DNA from: Octopus sinensis
Lineage: Eukaryota
Direction of reading: 5' to 3'
DNA: 64,000 bases
NCBI RefSeq assembly: GCF_006345805.1
Contig: NC_043002.1
Span: 82,088,001-82,152,000, forward strand
Positions 34,458 through 44,485 of this stretch are shown in pieces. Numbering within the stretch: position 1 is the first letter of the stretch; every line of letters begins with the position of its first letter. A program made the translations under genes and the position numbers. The notes under the pieces are model-generated. The model worked only from the letters and a program-made list of their open reading frames with translations. It was not told the origin of the DNA and ran no database searches.

Positions 34458-34564
34458 AGAATGTCAGCAAGTTCAGTTGTGATGAGTGAAAAGTCTAAAG
34501 TGCAGGTTCTAAGAACCTGCACTTTAGACTTTGCACTCACCACAACTGAACTTGCTGACATTCT
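34458..34564. repeat. 107-bp near-perfect palindrome (52-bp arms, 3-nt centre)
   Basis: 50 of 52 arm positions are complementary; centre TAA at 34510-34512. Confidence 0.97.
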
Positions 34565-34913
34565 GGGTAGTAGTTGCTCCCTCCCCCACTGGAGGGGTAT
34601 TGTGAACTCACAAAGTGTCAGCAATATGAAGAGGGTACTATAGGGTGTACTGGGCAGTTTTGTTTTTTAACTGCTCTGATGATGGATTCACTCACTAAAG
34701 GCTGATCTGGGGGTTAGATGACTCCAACAACAATGACAACAATACTGGGAAAGATAGAAAGAAGTGATGATGAGGTTAACTTTGTTTCACCTGTAACCAA
34801 CAGATTGCAACAAGAGAAACAGAATTGGGCCATTGGGTGATATGTGAAGAAGGTGGGCCTTTGAATACCTCTAATGAAGCAATATTATTAATGTTAATAT
34901 TATTTTGTTATTT

Positions 34914-35126
34914 AAGTTGGCAAGCTGGCAGAACCGTTAGCACACCAGGCTTGGCAGCATTTTTGTCCATCATAATGTTCTCAGTTCAAATTCCACTGAG
35001 GTCAGCTTTGCCTTTCATCCTTTCAGGGTCGATAAATTAAGTACCAGTTGCATACTGGGTTTGATCTAATCAACTGGCCCCCTTCCCCAAAATTCCAGGC
35101 CTTGTGCCTAGAGTAGAAAAGATCAT

Positions 35127-35127
<1 letters not shown>
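34914..35127 (+). mobile_element. SINE-A full length
   Basis: Head, core and tail, followed by (AGT)n. Confidence 0.9.
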
Positions 35128-35165
<38 letters not shown>

Positions 35166-35399
35166 CAGCAGCAGTAGTTGTAGTTTTTCTTCCATTAAGT
35201 TTTTTTTTCCCCATTTCTTACTGAGTGTCTTCCTGATACCTAGGGCAAAGAAACTCACTGTATACATTAATAGGCCATTGAAATAGATGCACCAGATTGT
35301 TCATTTACAAAATCAAATAAAGTTACTACTCTTATTAATGCTGCTGCTATGTGGACAATACATACTACAAGCCATCTTAGAGCTTCAACAGTCCCACTT

Positions 35400-35545
35400 T
35401 TCCAGTGTTCTAGACTTTATTTATCAACCCAGGAAGGATGAAAAGTAAAAGTGGGACTTCGGTGAGATTTGAACTCGGAGCACAGAGAGGCAGAATGAAT
35501 AGCGGCAAGACACTCTATCTGATTCTCTTACAACTTTGCCAAGTG
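35400..35545 (-). mobile_element. SINE-A degenerate
   Basis: aggaaggatgaaaag...gagatttgaactcggag. Confidence 0.5.
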
Positions 35546-36925
35546 GCTCCAAGTCAGAGCTGATAGTTTTGACTGTATTACATTCAATTGTAGTACATCT
35601 GGCATTGTGTAGGTGGATGGGTGGGTGGGTGGGCCTTGCAGGAAATGTATGTAAATATGAGCTGAGTAGAAAGGGATACGTGTGTGTGTGTGTTAGAGAA
35701 TGAAAGATGTATAGATAGATAAGTTACAAAAACTCAGACTAAGGCATGTAAGTAACTCCATCCAACCCCCCCCCCCGCTCCCTGGCTGCTATCATAGGCT
35801 GATATAGATAGATAAAGTGAAAAGCTGGGGCTAAGACGTGTATATGTAAACCTCTAAGTGTAGCTGATATCTTCAATTCTTATGGAATATTGTTTCGCTT
35901 TCTGATATATATATATGCACACATCATACACACACACAGAACACGTGTATACATACAAGCAGTGTCATTTCTCTTCTCCCTATTTCCAATGAAACCTGTT
36001 GAATCTGATCTTATTTAGGTTTTTATTTCTTCCTTCTCTTACCGGCTCCCCTTTCTCTCTCTCTCTCTCTCTCCTCTTTCATTTCCTTTCTCTCTTTCTG
36101 CCTCTCTCTCTCTCAGTGTCTCTCTCTCTCTTTCTCTGCCCCTCTTTTTCCATTACTCTATCTACATCATCTGTTCAAATGATTGCCAACAAAAAATTGA
36201 ATCTTTGCACTACTGCTTTTTAGTTATTAGCTGAGTTTAGTCTGACTCACTTTTCCTCTAGTCAGCCAGTTTGACTGATGATGTAGATGGTGGCAGCGAT
36301 GATGAAGACCACGACGACGATGGTGGTGGTGGAGAATGGAGCACCACCACGACCACCTCCATTCCCACCACTATATTACCCACACCTTTTCTTTTCTCTC
36401 CTTCCTCCCCCTGCTCACTCACCTCTGCCAGTCTCTGATACATAACCTGAGCTTGCTTTCATACATTTCTTGTCCCACCACCACCACCACCGCCACCACC
36501 TCATTACCACCACAAACACCCTTATAAGCTTAGTTTTTTTTTCTTTTCTTTTTGTTTCTTTCTTTTTCTCTTCCCTCTTTTCCCCACCAATATGTTCGCT
36601 GCTGTTTAGTCATGGCACTTCAGTGCTTATTGATTTCGCTGAAATAAAGCTTACATGAATTATAACTATTAATAAAAGAACAGATCATTTGAGCTATTTG
36701 TCAACAAAGTGCAGTTTTCTGTGCGCGCACAGTACCATCGTGTGCCCCCCTCTTCCTCTTGACTACATCCTTCTGCTTCTATCTACTGCTTGCTATCCAC
36801 TTGCTTCACCCACCCCCTCCCCCTTCATTTCCTTTCTTCGTCTTCATTTGCTCTCGAAAAATAATGAATTGTACTTTCTCATACCCTTTTCACTGGAATT
36901 TCAACACAATTTGAAATTTATAGCT

Positions 36926-36956
<31 letters not shown>

Positions 36957-37156
36957 ATGCATTCTCATTCTGCAAAGTGTGTTTATTTCTTGCTGTAATG
37001 TTTTTTGGAGGAGGGGGGAGTATGGGGGTGTTGTGTGTGTGTGTAATATTTTTATATGTATACTTTTAAAAAAATTCTTTTCTAAGGATTTGATTTATCA
37101 AACTTGCTTTTATTCTTGCTGTATAAAAAGTTGTGAGTGTTAGTAATTTGTGCTAA

Positions 37157-37170
37157 GTTGCCGTAGCAAC
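37157..37170. promoter_or_regulatory. RFX X-box-like motif
   Basis: GTTGCCGTAGCAAC versus the canonical GTTGCCATGGCAAC (12/14), in non-repeat DNA. Confidence 0.35.
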
Positions 37171-37483
37171 TCCACCTGACTAGGAATTCCAGTTGTCAAC
37201 TTCAACAAGACTAATAGGTTTCCCAGATAACTAAACTAAACTAAAATAAATAAATAAAAGAATACAGGTATGCATCTCACTACAAAGCATCTGCATTGAC
37301 TTTGATATATTTGTTATTAAATAAACAAGCAAAAAAAGAAAACAGGTAAATACTCTCTTAAAAAACAAAACAAACAAAAAAAAACATTGTTTCCAAATAT
37401 CCGAAAATCTTCAGTCTATTTTCAAATGGTGCTCTATTTCTTGCATTGAATGTTTTCTGGTATCAGAGGTCTGCTGATATATC

Positions 37484-37874
37484 TTTTTATCTCTCACTTG
37501 CTTCAGTCATTGGACTGCGGCCATGCTAAAGCACTGCCTTGTTGAAAGGTTTTGTGAAAACAAATCAGCCACAGTTATTATTATTTTTCAAGCCCGGTAT
37601 GTTGTTCTGTCAGTTTTATTGCTGCAATGTTAAGTTACGGGGATATAAACAAACCAACACTATTTGTTAAGGTGTAGTGGGTGACAAACATAACACACAT
37701 ACATTCTCATGAGCACACAATGGGTTTTTTCAGTTTCTGTTTACCAAATTCACTCACAAGGCTTTGGTCAGCCTGGAGAACTATAGTACAAGACGCTTCC
37801 CAAGGTACCATGCAGCAGGAATGAACCCAAAACCATATGGTTGGGAAACAAGCTTCTTAACTACACAGCTGTGC
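37484..37874 (-). mobile_element. SINE-B full length, older copy
   Basis: Colinear with 11692-12110. Confidence 0.8.
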
Positions 37875-37981
37875 TTTGTAAATTTATTTATTTACATATT
37901 TTTACTTGCCATGTTTTGACAAAGGGAAAGTACCCATGAGCTTTGCAATCCATCTTAGATTTGTGAGTCTGCTTGATGCCA

Positions 37982-38197
37982 TTAACCCTTTTGTTACCAT
38001 ATTTCTGTTGAGATGCTCTGTGTTTCTTTCAATTAATTCTAAATATAACAAAGAATTTAATAAAACAACTTAGTTATCATTAAGCTAATGTTAGGAACAA
38101 AAATTGTGACTAAGATTATGTGGAAGATATTAATTGCGAACTTTTGAAAACAAAGCCAGAGGTGGTTTCTGCCAGGTTGGTATCAAATAGGTTTTAA
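37982..38197 (+). mobile_element. piggyBac-like MITE D1
   Basis: TTAA at 37982-37985 and 38194-38197; starts cccttttgttacc. Confidence 0.8.
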
Positions 38198-38199
38198 TG

Positions 38200-38417
38200 C
38201 AATGGTTCTCAACTTTTCTTTTTTTAACTTATAAACTCTCCCCCCCACTTCCAATTTTACTCTACTAGACCTCCATAACAATTTGAGATGTATAAAATAA
38301 AAAATTTTAATATTTTGTGTATTGTAGAAGCATAAGCAATTTATTGGCACAGAAATTTTAACAACAAAATCTTCAATGAACCCAAAAGGCCATATGGACC
38401 CTAGTTGTGAACCATTG
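38200..38417. mobile_element. hAT-Charlie-like MITE
   Basis: TIRs caatggttctcaac / gttgtgaaccattg (13/14). The 8-bp flanks match at only 5/8. Confidence 0.7.
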
Positions 38418-39499
38418 TGTTATAGTTTTCATTTAAACTGTTGCGGGGCAACACCTGCAGGAAAGACATGAATGAGCAAACAGGAAGTTTCTAGAAGGCC
38501 AGTGTTCTGGGAAAGAAGAAAAGACGAATATTGAGCTTTGTGCTGGACTGGAGAGGCAGGGGTTGGGCACATCCTGAGGAGTGAGAGGTAGAGAAATGAG
38601 TTGATTAAGGATGCCTAACAGTATAGCAGCATCTGTAATGTGTAATAGTGTTTGTCTGTGTGTGTCCATCCGTGTCCGTCCCTCTATGACAAATAAAAGA
38701 TGTTCAATGTTGATGGTTTTTGGTCCGGACCTTCCATAAAAGAATCAATATTATAGTATATTGTTCTGTTAAGTACAGTTGAAATGGTGCCAAGATAGAA
38801 GACCAATCTTGATATCCTGCAATGTCTAATTTGTGTTCCTCAATTCGTATACTCTCTCTCTCTCTCTTTCTCTCTCACTCTCCCTCTCACACTCATCATC
38901 TTTGTATTTCTGTGTTTCACACTTGTACAAGACAGGAACTACTCTCATATTAGTAACCTCAGCTCAAAAAATAAAACACCCATTCATAATAGAAATCAAG
39001 TTAGGTTTTTCTCCTTCACTAATTGAAATCTCGAAAGAAAAGAACTAAAATTACGTTTGACTAAATCCACAACAAATTTTTCAAAGATAAGAGGCGAGGG
39101 GCACTGAATCAACCTTGCTATATATTATTGTGAGCTTCCATGTAATAGCATAAACCTGCTAGACAGACATGCTTGCTATCTCCTTTCTCAAAACTTTTCT
39201 ATTGCTATGACAAGGTTCTCTGATTCTTAGAGCTGGTTGGTTGATTGTTGATCTTAGGCCACCTCTGCTCTCCCTCTTCCCTCATATTGTTTCTCCATTC
39301 TCACATTAAGCATTACATCTACTTCCTCTCCATCCAACCTAGAAGTTGGTCCTCTACAATTAATTCTTCACTCAGGTTTTCCCTGCAGCAGTCACTTTGC
39401 AGCTCTCCAAATATTAACTATATCAATCCCACTGAGGTCCTCAAAGCCCTTGTGCACAGCTCCTTCCTCACTAACCTTAATCTTCCCTTCTGCTTCCTC

Positions 39500-39665
39500 A
39501 AAATCCAGCGAAATTTTCCTGAAAACACACTACATTGTTAAAAGAAGCCACATTGGATAACATAGCCCCAAACAGATACATTATGTCTGAACCATATTTT
39601 GGAATGGTTACAACTGCAATGGCTCTAACCAGGGCTGAATGAATGTGGTGAGGTGGATAAACAAC
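39500..39665 (+). mobile_element. Family C degenerate
   Basis: cacattggataa...ggaatggttacaactg...taaacaacag. Confidence 0.45.
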
Positions 39666-40156
39666 AGTAACTTATTGATCTTGAAGTGATAAATTTAAAT
39701 CACACCCAGTAGTATTTGAACACAGGACTCGGGGACTGAAACACTAATCTGTTCTTCTGTGGCTTCTGCTATCTGTCCTGCATCAATATTGTAGTACTTA
39801 CTATAAGCAACAGACCCTACTTAGAAAGGAGTCTTTAGCAATTAATAGACAAAACAAATAAAACAATTGCTTTCCTGGCAACCACTTAATGGTAATTGTT
39901 AAAGATAACAAAAAGCAATTTGATGAAAATTGGTTTCTTGACACTCCTTCTGTCCTGTGTAATATATCAAGATAGGTTAGCTTCATCTTAAGTGTGTATG
40001 ATTGTGCTTGTGTGTGTGCACACGCATGCATGTGCGCACGAACACACACACACAGGTATATACATATATATATACAGATATACTGATAGATAGATAGACA
40101 GGTAGATAGATAGATATGCTTATATGCGTATTGCACATAATTTGTTTCTGTATATG

Positions 40157-40665
40157 TATCAAGTCATTAAGAATGAAATGTCTGATTTTGAACTGAAAGC
40201 TTATTTTACTTTTATCTCAACAAAAAGCAATGCAGTTAATCAAAGTATGTACCTAAATTATCAACACAATTTTGCCGTTTTATTGGTTGCTTATTTAAGC
40301 TGGCAGCGAAGAATTCTGGAGAACAAGTGGTGATGAAATCACAAAAGGTTGTTTCTGCATCTTCTTCAGATTTGAAGTCTTTTCCTTGCAAAAAGTTGTC
40401 TAGTACCTGGAAAACATGATAGTCAGTTGGTGCAAGGTCTGGTGAATATGGTGGATGACAGAGTACTACCAAGTTCAGTTTCTGTAACTTGAGTAGCATT
40501 CTTTGTGCAACATGTGGTCAAGCATTGTCTTGCAAGAGAATTGACCTGTCTCTATTGACCAATCTCGGCTCTTTAACTGCAAGTTCACTCATCATTTTAT
40601 CCAATAGGTTGATATATACATCCACTGAATTAACTTACAATTGTGCTTGTTTTTCCTGATTTGGA
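40157..40665 (-). mobile_element. Mariner (Hsmar1/cecropia-like) DNA transposon, 3' portion with TIR
   Basis: Transposase C-terminus followed by a TA-flanked TIR-like end (TA-tcaagtcattaagaatgaaatgtctgatttt) at 40157-40189. Confidence 0.85.
40236..40610 (-). pseudogene. Mariner D34D transposase pseudogene fragment
   Basis: ...PRLVNRDRSILLQDNA*PHVAQRMLLKLQKLNLVVLCHPPYSPDLAPTDYHVF...GTYFD. The two catalytic Asp are 34 residues apart, with an in-frame TGA at 40520-40518. Confidence 0.92.
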
Positions 40666-41494
40666 CTTGTCGAGTGTCAGTAAGCCTGTAAAAGATGCAG
40701 ACATCCCCCTCCATAAATCTCCATTCACAAAGCCAAGCCTATATATATATATGTCTGTATAGTATTGATTATTGGAAGAAAGATACTCATTACTATAGCA
40801 GAGGTTAATTTATTTTTAGTAGAGTCAATCACTTGCTACTCTGGGGTCATCAACTGTGTGTTCTCTAGGTGATGATGCAAGTTATGACCGCTTGTCCAGT
40901 GACTGAACACGCAGTCATCAGTTACAAGATAAATAAATGTGTGTGTATGTGTAAATGTAGGAAAATTAATGAATTGGGTGTAGTTTTTTTGTTTTTCACG
41001 TTTATTGACCTTCATCAGAATATGCAAAATATGCCGAAAAGCAAATATTTTTATTTCTTCTTTTAAATATTGTAAAAAAAGATGATTTATTAATTTTTTC
41101 TTCCTATCTTCTCTTTATGCATGATCCTATACCAGCTTAAGTACATTTTCATTTCATCTTCTAACATATTGCAATCTTTATGTTGAATTCTGCAACTACT
41201 ACCATCTGCTTTCCAACTTCATAATTTCTAAAATCCCCATCGAGTTTGTATCTCATCTTTATCTGCTCCAGCTTGGTCATTATCCCCATTGCATGAATGT
41301 TGCTGCTCTAAATTTTAAAATTCTTCATCATTGACTTCCACACATAATGTCAATCAAGCAAATTCTCTGACATTGCCATTGTTGATCCTAGGAATGTCAC
41401 AAGTGTAAAACAAGTTGAGTGATTTCTTCTAAAGCCCTGTATCTTCAACCTCCAATCAACCAAAAACATAAATGCACGTACACATGCATGTACA

Positions 41495-41645
41495 ACTAAC
41501 TTTTAGCTTCTGTCTATCAAATTCCTTTGCAAAGGTTTGGTCAGCTCAAGGCTAAAGTAGAAAACACTTGCCCCAAGGTGAGGTACAGTGGATCAGGAAC
41601 ACACAAGGCTAGGAGGAAATCTTCTAAACCACACTGTCATGCTTG
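41495..41645 (-). mobile_element. SINE-B head fragment, degenerate
   Basis: ttggtcagctcaaggcta...acacttgcccc. Confidence 0.6.
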
Positions 41646-41835
41646 TGTGTATACAGAGAGAGAGAGAGAAAGAGAGATGTATATTTTGGTGCTGACCCAC
41701 CAATGAGAGGGTATTGTGGTTCAGAGTTGAAACACCTGATAATTGTTGGTTACTGTCTGATGGCATCAATTCCTTTTGGCCCAAACTGCATTCAACTTGG
41801 TGAATGGAAAAGAAGCTTCTTCTAGGTGTTATCAA

Positions 41836-41869
<34 letters not shown>

Positions 41870-41974
41870 CAGGAGCTGGTAGGGCAGTGCAAAGATCAGG
41901 GCTGGCAAGTACATTCTGAGGCAACAGAAGTAGGCTGTTGGGGATTTTGTGGGATGGTCATTCTTGAAAGCTCT

Positions 41975-42337
41975 GACTGGGGCTCTGCTTTGAAGAGGTT
42001 TTAGTTAAATGAATCAACCCCAATACTTTTTTTTAAAAAAACCTGGTACTTATTCTATCAGTCTCCTTCGCCTCACCACTAATTTACAGGGACATAAACA
42101 CACCAACAGCAGTTGTCAACCAGTGGTGGAGGACAGATACAAACACACACACACACAAATAAATATATATGTGTGATGGGCTCCTTTCAGTTTCCATCTA
42201 CCAAATCCATTCACAATGAATTACTTTGCCTATGGCTATAGTAGAACACACTTGTCCAAGATGCCTTGCAGTGGAACTGGAACCCGGAACCATGTGGTTG
42301 GAAAGCAAACTTCTTCCCATACAGCCACACCTGCACC
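41975..42337 (-). mobile_element. SINE-B
   Basis: Colinear with the adjacent copy. Confidence 0.8.
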
Positions 42338-42351
42338 TATATCCATATATT

Positions 42352-42742
42352 ACTCTCTCTTTTACTTGTTTCAGTCATTTGACTGCGACCATGCTGGTGC
42401 ACCGCCTTTAGTCGAGCAACTCGACCCCGGGACTTATTCTTTGTAAGCCCAGTACTTATTCTATCGGTCTCTTTTGCAAACCGCTCAGTGACGGAGACAT
42501 AAACACACCAGCATCGGTTGTCAAGCAATGCTACGGGGACAAACACACACACATACACATATATATATACACATATATACGACAGGCTTCTTTCAGTTTC
42601 CGTCTACCAAATCCACTCACAAGGCATTGGTCAGCCCACGGCTATAGCAGAAGACACTTGCCCAAGATGCCACGCAGTGGGACTGAACCCAGAACCATGT
42701 GGTTGGTTAGCAAGCTACTTACCACACAGCCACTCCTGCGCC
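42352..42742 (-). mobile_element. SINE-B full length, young-looking (head-to-tail with the previous copy)
   Basis: Near identity to 11692-12110. Confidence 0.9.
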
Positions 42743-43575
42743 TATTATTTTGTCAAATGAGAAAGGTAGTTCCCAGTCATATTTTACGGAGCCTTCAAGA
42801 CTGGTGGAAGGTGGATGGGAAGTATCCTCTCACTGGAAACCCGGTTTTAATGCTTAAAACAGAGTTGACTCCATTAAAAGCATCTGAGGTGCCAGATGGT
42901 ACCCTAAATCGAATTCTTATACACAGAACTTGAATCTTGATGGCAAACTGTTGTTAATCACATAGAAATCACAAACTACAGTGATCTGACTATTCCTCTA
43001 GGTGTGTATGTATGTGTATATGTCTGTGTGTGTGTGTGTATATTTGTGTGTGTGTGCATAAACACACGTGTGCATGTTTTCTTTTCTTCCCTCTTCTTCC
43101 CTCTTTAATTTATGGCATGTATCAAATTCTGGATGGATTGGACTCCCAAGTATGACTAGAAGGAGGCAGCTGAAAATGGTAATGAAATATATTTTACTTG
43201 AATAACTAAAGAAATGCTAATAGAAAAAAAAAAATTTATGTATTGGCTGGTGGGGGGGGGGGAGAAGGAGAAGAAGGGGGGTGTATTGTAAATTTTTCAG
43301 ATGTTTAACTACTCCTGCCTGCCACTTTCTGATATTAACTAATATTTCATCTGAAATTTAGTTGAAAGTATATTACTCCATTTGTGTGGTATTGTGGCAT
43401 CATCATCATCATCATTATCATAATCACAATCATCATTATTACCACCACCAACAACAACAACAACAACACCAGCATTATCATTTACAGTTGTGGCTTCAAT
43501 ATCACCATTTTTCTGATGATTAAACATAACATGTCTTGCTCTCTAACAATGAACGCTTGTAGTCTTATGTATGTT

Positions 43576-43607
<32 letters not shown>

Positions 43608-44069
43608 AAATAGTTTCTTGTGTTATATTTAATACCTCCCTCCATCTGATCATTTCAACATGCACACACACACACACAACACAGCACAAACCACCCGTTT
43701 CCTCTCCTTTTTTTTTTTTTCTTCTTTCCATAATGTCTTGATAAATTCTCTAACTTTCACACTAATATGAATTCCATTCCTTTGCTGCTAGTATTACTAT
43801 TACTAGTATTTCTCTGATAACAGATTGTTAGCAGATTAGTGGAAGTATAGTTTTATATATATATATATGGTTTATTATATGTATGTATGTATTTACACAT
43901 ATTTATATTCATCATAATTTAACATATGTGTGAGAGAGAGATAGGGTATGCTCATTTCATTTTGCACTCTTGAATTTAAGTTAAAATTAACTTCAAATTC
44001 GCCTTTACAGATGTTGTCTTGATTTGCCTTTTTTATTTCAAAAAAAAAAATTTTTTTTGACGGGTTTAT

Positions 44070-44485
44070 AATCCTTTCTGCTATAAGCATGAGGCCTGAA
44101 ATTTGTGGAGTGGAAGGACAGAAAGTTAATTTCATTGACTCTCCAATGCTTAGTTGGTAATTATTATATTGACTCCCAAAAGAATGGAAAATAAAGTCAA
44201 CCGTTAACCCTTTTGTTATCAACCCAGCTGAAACTGGCTGTGGCTCTGTAGTACAAATGTCTTGTTTTCATAAGTTTTGAATTAAAATCTTCCACCAAAC
44301 CTTAGTCTCAATTTATGTTCCCCACACTAGCTTAATGATAAGGAAGTTATTTTACTAAATTCTTTGTTATATTTAAAATAATTGAAAGAAACGCAGAGCA
44401 TCTCAAAATAAATACGGTAGCGAAAGGGTTAATGAGAACATAGAGATGGATGAAATGCCATTCAGCATTTCATCCAGTGTGTTAA
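44070..44485 (-). mobile_element. SINE-A split by MITE D1
   Basis: Tail and core at 44070-44203; head at 44433-44485. Confidence 0.65.
44204..44432 (-). mobile_element. piggyBac-like MITE D1 with intact TTAA TSDs
   Basis: TTAA at 44204-44207 and 44429-44432; ends cccttttgtta / tagcgaaaggg. Confidence 0.88.

Noticed and set aside
41100-41400. Possible LINE endonuclease relic on the minus strand (VVVAEFNIK, NEN)
   Set aside because: The key GDFN residues are mismatched and the frames are too broken to support a call. The same applies to 21300-21800 and 39245-39490.
42745-42933. LQDWWKVDGKYPL resembling the hAT dimerisation motif
   Set aside because: The downstream LS.PASS..SER.FS motif is missing and there are no TIRs.
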